Shown in pieces: positions 1-8,059 of a stretch of DNA of 32,000 nucleotides. How positions within the stretch are numbered: position 1 is the first letter of the stretch; the number at the start of each line of letters is the position of its first letter. The notes under the pieces were generated by a model. The model had not been told where the DNA came from. It was given only the letters and a program-made list of their open reading frames with translations, and searched no databases. A program made the translations under genes and the position numbers. Source of the DNA: Pseudodesulfovibrio piezophilus C1TLV30 (GTDB lineage Bacteria > Desulfobacterota > Desulfovibrionia > Desulfovibrionales > Desulfovibrionaceae); assembly GCF_000341895.1 (NCBI RefSeq), contig NC_020409.1, positions 1,080,001 to 1,112,000 of the forward strand. The letters run 5' to 3'.

Positions 1-194
1 GATCTTCCCCCTGAGCCTTGCCATAAAAGCATGGGAGAGCATTCTGTTTTTGCTTATTTCCTCCTCCCATGAAGGGATATTTCTCAAAAAAGCAAGCATC
101 TCATTCTTACAATTCATTATAATGGAATGTTCGGCCCAGTGTGATAAGAGAAAAGAAACGTCCATCTGTCATGTTTAACGGGGGAAGTTTCTCA

Positions 195-2513
195 ATGCCA
201 ATCACGTTCCGGTATTGGTGCCGATCAGGTATCTTTGTATTCATTGTTGCTTTGATCCTCATCAGCACAGCTCTTTGTCTGTCACCTGCGTCAGCTGCGC
301 AGCCGATTTCTTCAGACTCCCCTGTGCTGTACATGACCGAGGCCAACAAAACTTCCACACTCTCGTTCGCTGACGAAAAAACTCTTGAAACATTGAGAAC
401 AGACTTCCTTGTGGAACCGGAAGCTCGACAGAGTCTGGAGTTTTCTCCCCGATTAAGCTGGACATTCTGGCTGATTATCGGCGTCATGACTCTCATGGTC
501 ATCAGTTTTTTCGCTATCATTTTCAGTAAGATTTTCATCAACCTCAAAATCGCATACAAAATGTATGTCAGTTTCGGATACCTTGTGGTGACTGCAGCTC
601 TTCTGGGGGCTGGGGCTTTTTACTATCTGGACCATGCATCCGGGTTTGCAAAACTCTCCATGCATTTCACTCAAATTGATACCATCGGCAATGAAATCAG
701 TTCGGCACAGGCAAACTATCTTCTGCATGGCATGGAGAATAAAGACTATGGGGAAAGTCGAGTCACCAAAATTCATGAGGGCCTGACTGCCATTATCGAC
801 ACGATAAACCAGATCAAGACATCCGGGCTCATGCATCAGACAATGCAGGGGAATCTGGAAGAATTGGAAACAATCCTCCCCCCCTACTCCAATACCCTTG
901 AAGAAGTTGTCACCTCATTCCAAGCAGTCGAAGAACGAAAAGAGGAGCTTGACAGGCTTCAGACCAAGATGGGAGTCGCCTTGGAATCGATGAGACAGCA
1001 TCACAAGGCTCAACAACTTTCTGACGCAACTCAGGAAATAGACAAGGCGAAAGCCATTCGCTTGAATCATATCATTGATGAGCTGAATCGAACTGAAAAA
1101 TTACTGCTGGAAGCGGCGTATCATGAAGCGGGATTCATCCTCGACAAAAAACCGGTCCATATAGCAACAATGGAACGCATCTTTACCGATGTCATTGCAC
1201 TCCTTGACTTACTCAAAGAGCAACTCACTGAAAGCGAAGACCTCTCCTTGCTGGCGAATATTCAAAATGAGGTCGCCCAGGTCACTACCAGCCTGACCAT
1301 CCTGATCAGGGAAGAAGCGATCATCGCCAAGGATAACGGAACTCTGAACGGGCTGCTCATGCGCTTCGAATCGCTTGGGTCCGAACTGGCCCATGAAGCG
1401 GAGCTCATGGCGCAGGAAGCAGTTCGTGAAGCGGATATCGCCATCATAGTCCTGCTCACTTTCACACTGATCTTCGGTGTGTTCATGTCAATATATATTG
1501 CTTCGTCAATCTCGAAGCCGGTCAAGGAGAGTGCCACTCTGGTACGGCTCATGGCTGAGGGAGATATGACTCAATACCTCCCGTATCATTTCAAGGATGA
1601 AATAGGGCTTATGTGCATTGCGCTCAATGACATGGCCTCGCGGCTGCGCGAAACCATTGGCGTCATTCAGGAAAGCGCGGCTAATGTCGCCAGCGGCAGT
1701 GAAGAGCTGTCTGCCTCGGCAGAAGCTCTCTCGCAGGCCGCGACCGAACAGGCTGCGACCGTTGAAGAAGTCTCTGCATCCATGGTTGAAATGGGATCAA
1801 ATATCGCCCGAACTTCAGACAATTCACAAGAAACCGAAGACATGGCCAATGGGGTGGCAAAAGATGCGGAAGAAGGCGGGCGAGCAGTGACTCAAACCGT
1901 CCATGCCATGCGTGAAATCGCTGAAAAAATCAGCATCGTCGAAGATATTGCCCGACAGACCAACCTGCTTGCATTGAATGCAGCCATAGAAGCGGCACGG
2001 GCAGGCGAACATGGTAAAGGGTTTGCCGTCGTCGCATCGGAAGTGCGCAAACTGGCGGAGCGAAGTGGCAAGGCGGCCAATGAAATAAGCGAGCTGTCAG
2101 GCTCCAGTCTGGCCGTGGCTGAGAAAGCCGGAACCATGCTTGAAAAGATGGTTCCTCAGATCAAGCAGACCGCGAACCTTATTCAGGGCATAACCATCGC
2201 AAGTACCGAACAAAATGCTGGAATCCAGCAGATAGGCATTGCGACCCAACAGATGGACCTGGTGACCCAGGCAAACGCCTCTGCCTCTGAAGAACTCGCC
2301 TCGACATCAGAAGAGTTGGCGGCACAAGCGGAAGTCCTTCAGGATTCCGTCTCCTTTTTCAGGGTCGAAGGGAGCCTTCACAGTTCCGCCGGAAAACAAA
2401 AATCAGCTATCCCGGAATCAGCACCCCCTCTCTCCGATCCGCACAATGCGCCAGGAATCGACATGGGAATAGCCAGTGACCTCCTGGATGAAGACGACTA
2501 CGAACACTTCTGA
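195..2513 (+). CDS. Methyl-accepting chemotaxis protein (four predicted TM segments, HAMP-like linker, MCP signalling domain)
   Basis: The frame is open from GTG 141 (790 aa). I place the start at ATG 195, which has GGGGGAAG 8-14 nt upstream and gives the signal-anchor [34 protein letters not shown]. The C-terminal half carries the conserved MCP hairpin core [42 protein letters not shown]. That core is preceded by a TM helix ([25 protein letters not shown]) and a HAMP-like segment. Confidence 0.93.
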   Translation: MPITFRYWCRSGIFVFIVALILISTALCLSPASAAQPISSDSPVLYMTEANKTSTLSFADEKTLETLRTDFLVEPEARQSLEFSPRLSWTFWLIIGVMTLMVISFFAIIFSKIFINLKIAYKMYVSFGYLVVTAALLGAGAFYYLDHASGFAKLSMHFTQIDTIGNEISSAQANYLLHGMENKDYGESRVTKIHEGLTAIIDTINQIKTSGLMHQTMQGNLEELETILPPYSNTLEEVVTSFQAVEERKEELDRLQTKMGVALESMRQHHKAQQLSDATQEIDKAKAIRLNHIIDELNRTEKLLLEAAYHEAGFILDKKPVHIATMERIFTDVIALLDLLKEQLTESEDLSLLANIQNEVAQVTTSLTILIREEAIIAKDNGTLNGLLMRFESLGSELAHEAELMAQEAVREADIAIIVLLTFTLIFGVFMSIYIASSISKPVKESATLVRLMAEGDMTQYLPYHFKDEIGLMCIALNDMASRLRETIGVIQESAANVASGSEELSASAEALSQAATEQAATVEEVSASMVEMGSNIARTSDNSQETEDMANGVAKDAEEGGRAVTQTVHAMREIAEKISIVEDIARQTNLLALNAAIEAARAGEHGKGFAVVASEVRKLAERSGKAANEISELSGSSLAVAEKAGTMLEKMVPQIKQTANLIQGITIASTEQNAGIQQIGIATQQMDLVTQANASASEELASTSEELAAQAEVLQDSVSFFRVEGSLHSSAGKQKSAIPESAPPLSDPHNAPGIDMGIASDLLDEDDYEHF

Positions 2514-2580
2514 TTCGACCCGACCTTCATCCTTGTCTCCCCCGCTTGGCAACGGGAAAAGATCGGTATAAGGTCCATCC

Positions 2581-3213
2581 ATGCGTACTTTTACTTCACT
2601 TATCATATTGTTTGTCGCCCTCTTGGTCCCCCATTTCGCTGCTGCCGAAGGTGAAAACGGCTGTGATCCCCAGTACCGGGCCCTTGCGGAGAATGCCTTG
2701 GTCGAATTCAAGGGAACCGGTGATCTGGATATCCTCGTGGTGACCGACCCCCTCTGCTGGCATTGTCGTCTGGGGCATAAACTTCTCAAAGAATATCCAA
2801 ACCTGTACCGTTCCGTAAAGCTCTCGTTCTTTCCACGGAGAAGTTTCATGGGATCGGATATGGCGGCCTGGATTCTGGAAGATGCGGCGGATTCCCCCTT
2901 GCTCAAACAGAAAGTCGACTTTGCCTATGAGAACCTGAAGCAGCCGAAGACACAGGATTTGGCCGAAGCTCGGATGGTTGTACTGCAACAATTCCTGATA
3001 TTCTTCCCAGACATGCTCGAAGGGACCAATATAGACGCGCTTTATGCCCGACTGGAACATGACCACCAACAGCATGTTCTGGAAAGCTCCGCTCTGGGCA
3101 ATGCACTGAAACTGCCCGGAACCCCGGTTTTGGTTGCAGGCAAAAAAGTGCTCCTGGGGTACGGTGCCGGCCCATGGATCAAGGCGCTGGAAGAAAAGGC
3201 TTTTTGCAAATAG
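2581..3213 (+). CDS. Secreted thioredoxin-fold thiol:disulfide oxidoreductase (DsbA/DsbG-like)
   Basis: 210-aa ORF with signal peptide MRTFTSLIILFVALLVPHFAAAEG. It has a CxxC active site in DPLCWHCRLGH and a cis-Pro-loop-like LPGTPVLVAG near the C-terminus. Confidence 0.8.
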   Translation: MRTFTSLIILFVALLVPHFAAAEGENGCDPQYRALAENALVEFKGTGDLDILVVTDPLCWHCRLGHKLLKEYPNLYRSVKLSFFPRRSFMGSDMAAWILEDAADSPLLKQKVDFAYENLKQPKTQDLAEARMVVLQQFLIFFPDMLEGTNIDALYARLEHDHQQHVLESSALGNALKLPGTPVLVAGKKVLLGYGAGPWIKALEEKAFCK

Positions 3214-3278
3214 CACCCCTGAGAGTCTCTTGCTTGAGATAAATATCAGAGCCTTTGCCTGTATGAACAAAGACTTTG

Positions 3279-3307
3279 TTGACTTTGAGAATCATTTTCA
3301 ATAAGTT
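3279..3307 (+). promoter_or_regulatory. Sigma70-like promoter for the 103-aa gene (TTGACT-N17-TAAGTT)
   Basis: TTGACT at 3279-3284, a 17-nt spacer, then TAAGTT at 3302-3307. It lies about 30 nt upstream of the GGAGG/ATG of the next gene. Pattern match only. Confidence 0.35.
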
Positions 3308-3337
3308 TTCCTGAACCAATCACCCATGGAGGTTCAG

Positions 3338-3649
3338 ATGGAACGAGTCAACAGATTTGGCACGACACAAGACATGATAATCCAGGAAGTTATCGAGGGG
3401 GATGCCACATATCTCCTCGCCATTGATGCACGAGGACTGTATCTGACGACACCTGATCGCATAGATACTCGTATGGCTGATCTCAACAGATACGCAGTTG
3501 CCCGCAAAAGCTTTGAAGAGAGACTGGAAAAACTTGGTTTTTCTCCGGTTGATATTTTCGAAGAGCACAAAGGAAAAATACAGACCGTGGGTGATGCGAA
3601 CAAAAAGAAGATCAACCCACTCAAAGCGTCCAAGCGCGGTCTGTCTTAA
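3338..3649 (+). CDS. Hypothetical protein (103 aa)
   Basis: The track ORF is 3326..3649. ATG 3338 is preceded by GGAGG (3328-3332) at 5-nt spacing. The composition is protein-like and I recognise no motif. The gene has its own promoter-like element and terminator. Confidence 0.6.
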   Translation: MERVNRFGTTQDMIIQEVIEGDATYLLAIDARGLYLTTPDRIDTRMADLNRYAVARKSFEERLEKLGFSPVDIFEEHKGKIQTVGDANKKKINPLKASKRGLS

Positions 3650-3709
3650 GCAGTATAGACCTGCCCCTTTTTTCGCTTCCGCACTGAAAAGACCAGAAAC
3701 CAGACAAAA

Positions 3710-3750
3710 CGCGCCCTCACATCTCCCGATGTCAGGGCGTGATTTTTGTT
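3710..3750 (+). terminator. Rho-independent terminator
   Basis: Stem CGCCCT(c)AC (3712-3720) pairs with GT(c)AGGGCG (3731-3739) around a 10-nt loop. It is followed by ATTTTTGTTT. Confidence 0.6.
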
Positions 3751-4417
3751 TCAGCCCTCCACCCGCAACCTCTATTTTACATCTCAAAAGCAGTTTTCTA
3801 TTGAATTTTCACGATACCAAGACCCCATAGCAAAGAAATTGCCGTGGGAGCGAAGGTAGTTCCACGTCAAATGCTTGAGGCTTAACGGCGCTTTTTGTTG
3901 TGTCGTGAGATAGTTAATAATCTCAGACAACTATAGACGTATTGGCGCGTCAGTCAAATCCTTTTCTCAACGTCTTGATATACGGTTTGATATACTTTTG
4001 AGTGCAAGGAGATATCCTGGGGTGGCTGGGGCGTATACCCCATGAAAACAAAAAAACTTAGGCCGAGGGGCTAGATGTCGAGGCAGACCTTTTTTCCCAA
4101 TGGGTGAGTGTGCAACTCTCCGCCATAAACGAGTATAAAAAATCGTCAATGATCCCAACTCAAAGACAGAGAAGGTGGGATACTCACTGCGAGCCATTCT
4201 GCCCACCTTGAGCTATAAGAACACTGCCCTGTAATCACAGAACAATCGCGCTGTCTCATGCCAAATTCGGTTGAACCGCGCCCTGCAGAAATGACTCATT
4301 TGTGTCCCATTCTTTAGCCAACCTGATTAATTGGGTCACATTCACTCAATTTGCAAGGCTACATGATCATGCTACAACTCATCAACTTCCTATATCCTTA
4401 GGCAAAGTGGGGCAGAT

Positions 4418-5302
4418 ATGAGTGATGACAACCAAGCTCTTTGGGATCGCTTCAATGAGCTGGTCAAATTATCCTTCGGTGAAGTTGAGGATGGAGACCT
4501 GAAGGGATATATATACTCCTTTCGTAAAACATATATGGCTGTAATGGGTGTTGAAGAATTCAACAAAACCAAGAAGCACTATGACGAAATGACAGAAGTC
4601 ATGATCAAGCTGGTTGGTGATGATGATCCATTCAAGGCTGCACGGGAAAAAGATGCTCCACGGTTATTTAAAAAAAACTGGGAAACAATACTGGAGTCAT
4701 GCTGTTTTCCGGTGCTGAATGCCACGGACATAGACGACGGCATTGAGAAATACCAGAAGTGCAATGCCTATGTTTTCGACTGTTGGAGAAAAGCATTAAA
4801 TGCATGCAGACAGGGCGACTACCCTCAAGCTGTTTTCCTTTCCATACTGGCTTTAGAGGAAGCCGCAAAATTTCATCAAGCATGGTATGAACTGTTCTAT
4901 AATGACGGTAAGCCAATCAACGCAAAGAAGAATCAACCTCCAAGAAGAAAAGACTACAAATTCAACCACAAGAAAAAGCATTTCGTGTCTATTGTCTCTG
5001 GGGCATTGTTGAATCACCGTGTTGAGGGGCTCTTCGGGAAAGATAAAGTCGTCGAATTCGTCGGGATGGCAGAAAATGGCGAACTGGAAAACGTTCGTCA
5101 ATCATGCCTTTACGCCACGGTCGGTGATGAAGGTCCAGTTTACCCCGACGATGTAATATCTCAAGAAACAGCGATCTTCTATGTGGTGTTTTTGGGAGAA
5201 GCAATAGGCGAATTTGTATTCTCCACCTCATGGGAGTACAGGGATTTCAAAGAAGAAATGGATGCAGTGATTGAAGAATTTGGTTTGCCTGCAGTATCTT
5301 AA
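4418..5302 (+). CDS. AbiV-like HEPN-domain protein (candidate abortive-infection effector) with an uncharacterised N-terminal ~115 aa
   Basis: 294-aa ORF at about 40% G+C. The motif NAYVFDCWRKALNACRQGDYPQAVFLSILALEEAAKF resembles the AbiV-family helix pair. It is followed by RRKDYKFNHKKKH, whose R-x6-H spacing fits the HEPN Rx4-6H motif. Family assignment comes from remembered motif patterns, not from a search. Confidence 0.6.
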   Translation: MSDDNQALWDRFNELVKLSFGEVEDGDLKGYIYSFRKTYMAVMGVEEFNKTKKHYDEMTEVMIKLVGDDDPFKAAREKDAPRLFKKNWETILESCCFPVLNATDIDDGIEKYQKCNAYVFDCWRKALNACRQGDYPQAVFLSILALEEAAKFHQAWYELFYNDGKPINAKKNQPPRRKDYKFNHKKKHFVSIVSGALLNHRVEGLFGKDKVVEFVGMAENGELENVRQSCLYATVGDEGPVYPDDVISQETAIFYVVFLGEAIGEFVFSTSWEYRDFKEEMDAVIEEFGLPAVS

Positions 5303-5445
5303 GCCAACCGCTCCAACAACCTCTTCACGCTGGACGGATGCCAGTTGCCGCCACGGGGTGTCATGATCTTCTTTGCGTTAAACTCTTTCTCGATTCCGAT
5401 GCCAAGTCCATCTAGAGTACACCCTTGTTGGGCAACCTCTGCGAA
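5299..5445 (-). pseudogene. C-terminal relic of a serine-recombinase-type gene (48 codons plus stop)
   Basis: The minus-strand translation is FAEVAQQGCTLDGLGIGIEKEFNAKKIMTPRGGNWHPSSVKRLLERLA*. The segment I..EFN..KI.TPRGG.W..SSV.RLL matches the recombinase-domain motif (IA..LN..G..T.RGG.W....V..LL). An in-frame TAG lies immediately upstream, and stops occur in all minus frames up to 5578, so only a tail remains. Confidence 0.4.
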
Positions 5446-5578
5446 CTAATCCTCTGGCTATCTAGGGTCTAAAAGATATTTAGTCGATACTCTATTCACT
5501 TGGGGCTTAGCCCCTGATAGACAGCAGTTACATTAGGATTTCTTGACCACGGTTCAGGCACAGTCCGCCTTTAGAAAA

Positions 5579-5612
5579 GCAAAAGCCCGCTGGAAAACCA
5601 GCGGGCTTTTGC
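5579..5612. terminator. Bidirectional intrinsic terminator (ends the LOG operon and closes the islet)
   Basis: Perfect 15-bp hairpin GCAAAAGCCCGCTGG-aaaa-CCAGCGGGCTTTTGC. It is flanked by an A-run on the left and a T-run on the right. Confidence 0.85.
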
Positions 5613-5628
5613 TTTAAAATAGCTTAGC

Positions 5629-6225
5629 CTACAGCCCCTTCTTCTTATCAATCCACTTATCCACCTGAGGCGGGTCATACGTCTCGAACTGATCAAGCAA
5701 CCCACCGGGATCAGCATCGTTCAGCACCATGCCCCGGTGTTCCTGCACGAGGAACCCGTTCAGCACCATGCGGTCCATGTGCTCGGCAAGACAGGTATAG
5801 TAGCCTTTGACGTCAAGCAAGCCGCATGGCTTTGCGTGATACCCCAATTGGTTCCAAGTTAAGACTTCAAAAAACTCCTCCAACGTGCCGATGCCGCCGG
5901 GAAGGGCTATGAAGCCGTCAGAAAGATCGGCCATGAGTTGCTTACGCTCATGCATGGAGCTAACCACGTGCTGCTCGGTCAGACCTGTATGCGCGACTTC
6001 CTTTCCCACCAATAATTCCGGGATGACGCCGATAACTTCGCCGCCTGCTTCGAGGCAAGTGTTGGCAATCAGTCCCATGAGGCCGATGTTGGAGCCACCA
6101 AACACCAGTCCAATTTCGCGGGCCGCCAACTCTTTCGCCAGTGCCTTGGTCGCCTCCGCATAAGCTGGGTCGAAGCCGGGATTGGAACCAAGATAAACAC
6201 ACACCCGTTTCATCTTTTGCGTCAC
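5629..6225 (-). CDS. LOG family protein (cytokinin riboside 5'-monophosphate phosphoribohydrolase-like, TIGR00730 type)
   Basis: Contains the motifs GGSNIGLMG and PGGIGTLEEFFE. The GTG start at 6225 overlaps the upstream stop (GTGA) and has GGAGG 7 nt upstream. ATG 6213 is an alternative start. Confidence 0.9.
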   Translation of the reverse strand: MTQKMKRVCVYLGSNPGFDPAYAEATKALAKELAAREIGLVFGGSNIGLMGLIANTCLEAGGEVIGVIPELLVGKEVAHTGLTEQHVVSSMHERKQLMADLSDGFIALPGGIGTLEEFFEVLTWNQLGYHAKPCGLLDVKGYYTCLAEHMDRMVLNGFLVQEHRGMVLNDADPGGLLDQFETYDPPQVDKWIDKKKGL

Positions 6226-7262
6226 TTGACAGCCTCCACGGCTTTTCTGATGTCGTTCACAAATTCATCGACCATATCTTCCGTGGTAGCCCAGGAAGTC
6301 ATCCAGCGGACAGTATGATCGTGTTCATCCCAAATATAAAAATAATATTTTTCCAGCAGAATTTCCGTTGCCTCCGGGGGAATGTGGGCAAATAGAGCGT
6401 TGCAATCCACATCGCCCTTGATCGTCACACCCTCTATGGCCCCCGCTTTCTCAGCCAAACGCGTCGCCATGCTGTTCGCCTGCCGTGCGTTTATCAACCA
6501 GAGGTCATCGCGGAGATATCGTTCCAACTGAGCGGACACAAAACGCATCTTGGAAACAAGCTGCATGGCCTGCTTGCGCAGATAAGGAAAGCCCTGACCA
6601 ATATCCGGGTTGAGAAAAATCACGGCTTCGCCCATCAGACACCCGTTCTTGGTGCCACCAAAAGAAACAAGATCGACATCCAAAGCGGTTGTCATATCAA
6701 AGAATGAGCAGTTCAACGCAGCGCAGGCATTCGCCATCCGCGCACCGTCCAGATGCACCAACAGATCTCGATCGTGAGCAAACTCGACAATGTCCTCGAT
6801 TTCCTTGAGCGTGTACAATTTACCCAGTTCAGTGGGTTGGGTGATGGAGATGACTTTGGGCTGGGAAGCATGAACAAAGCCCACGTGCCCCAAATACGGA
6901 GCAATGGCACCGGGGGTCAGCTTGCCGTCCTGCGATGGAATCGGCACCAGCTTGATGCCGCCGAAGGCCTCGGGGGCACCGCATTCGTCGTTATTGATAT
7001 GCGCCTGCTCGGCACAAAGCACTGAATTATAAGTATGTGTTACGGCCCGCAGCCCAAGAACATTGGCAGCAGTACCGGTTGTCACATAGTGGATACGCGC
7101 CTGGGAGCCGAAAAACTCCTTGAAGACTTCATCCGTGTCTATGGACATCTCATCTTCGCCGTAGGATTTGAGATGCCCGATATTGGCCTTGACCACTGCT
7201 TCCATGATAGCCGGGTGCGCCCCGGAATTATTGTCACTTGCGAATGATTTCAGTTCTTTCAT
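6222..7262 (-). CDS. Threonine aldolase family protein (PLP-dependent beta-eliminating lyase fold)
   Basis: 346 aa. The N-terminus reads FASDNNSGAHPAIMEAVVKAN. It also has HLDGARMANA and the PLP-lysine context SFGGTKNG. Confidence 0.85.
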   Translation of the reverse strand: MKELKSFASDNNSGAHPAIMEAVVKANIGHLKSYGEDEMSIDTDEVFKEFFGSQARIHYVTTGTAANVLGLRAVTHTYNSVLCAEQAHINNDECGAPEAFGGIKLVPIPSQDGKLTPGAIAPYLGHVGFVHASQPKVISITQPTELGKLYTLKEIEDIVEFAHDRDLLVHLDGARMANACAALNCSFFDMTTALDVDLVSFGGTKNGCLMGEAVIFLNPDIGQGFPYLRKQAMQLVSKMRFVSAQLERYLRDDLWLINARQANSMATRLAEKAGAIEGVTIKGDVDCNALFAHIPPEATEILLEKYYFYIWDEHDHTVRWMTSWATTEDMVDEFVNDIRKAVEAVK

Positions 7263-7291
7263 TGGAGTTACCCGTCTGATGATGTTCTCAG

Positions 7292-7870
7292 CTATTCCAG
7301 CCCGAAAAATTCCCGAGCCGTGCTGAATGTCAATATATGTTCTGCCAAATCCGCATATCCGGATGCAACAGGATGGTATCCGTCGCCGTCATTCAAGGCC
7401 TGGCCGTATACGAAGGAACGATGCATGGCGTCAATGGTCGGAATAAACGGAATGTCGAGCCGCTTGCACAATCCCGCCTGCATTCTGGAAAGCGTGGTAA
7501 CCGCCTCACGTCTCGTTTGATCATTGACCGGCGTGGGACCGATAACAAGAACGTCTCCCATGGTCTTGGCCTGGCTCAACATGGAGACACCTGCGGCGAG
7601 AGATTCTTCACTGCTCACGTCATTGGTAATGTCGGCAACGCCAAAACTGAAGACCAACTTAAAAGGAACATCCGGCAATCGTCTGAGCATGGCTTCTGTT
7701 TTCCACCGATGCTGTATGCGCACGGAAGCATCCTTGCGCACTCCCAGATTATATGCCGTCAGATCATGCCCGGCCCGCATGATGGATTCGTTGATTCGAC
7801 CGGGCCAACCCAACCCTGTCTCATCACCTATGCCAAGAGTGATTGAATCGCCTATATAACAAATTACCAT
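7292..7870 (-). CDS. SGNH/GDSL hydrolase family protein
   Basis: Block I is YIGDSITLG, there is a GVADITND block, and block V is DGDGYHP. The frame is open from 7888. I prefer ATG 7870 (MVICYIGDS), which has AAGGGGAAAG just upstream. Confidence 0.85.
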   Translation of the reverse strand: MVICYIGDSITLGIGDETGLGWPGRINESIMRAGHDLTAYNLGVRKDASVRIQHRWKTEAMLRRLPDVPFKLVFSFGVADITNDVSSEESLAAGVSMLSQAKTMGDVLVIGPTPVNDQTRREAVTTLSRMQAGLCKRLDIPFIPTIDAMHRSFVYGQALNDGDGYHPVASGYADLAEHILTFSTAREFFGLE

Positions 7871-8059
7871 ACTTTCCCCTTGAGCCATGCGATCAGGTTA
7901 TCCAGTGCGCCATTATCGGAAATGAACAAAAGAGTGCCCACATAAGACAACGAACGCCTGCTCCCTGTCGCTTCACCTACCGAAGCAGCTTTGGTTATTT
8001 CCTTACGAATCGGCTTCTTCATACTTTAAAAAATCGAACAAACCGTCTATTAATCCTCC

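Noticed and set aside
1-70. Possible start of a minus-strand gene leaving the left edge (ATG at 70: MGGGNKQKQNALPCFYGKAQGED)
   Set aside because: Only 23 codons are visible, with no SD and no motif, so it cannot be supported.
107-559. 150-aa minus ORF, plus other antisense ORFs inside the MCP gene (262..465, 453..836, 1262..1552, 1892..2137)
   Set aside because: They are antisense to a gene with unambiguous MCP motifs and so are shadow frames.
2596-3270. 224-aa minus ORF covering the DsbA-like gene
   Set aside because: The plus-strand product has a signal peptide, a CxxC site and a cis-Pro loop. The minus product has no features.
3967-4206. 79-aa minus ORF in the islet's non-coding stretch
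   Set aside because: It has a GTG start without an SD, an Arg/Pro/Phe-rich composition and no motif. I treat it as non-coding but cannot fully exclude it.
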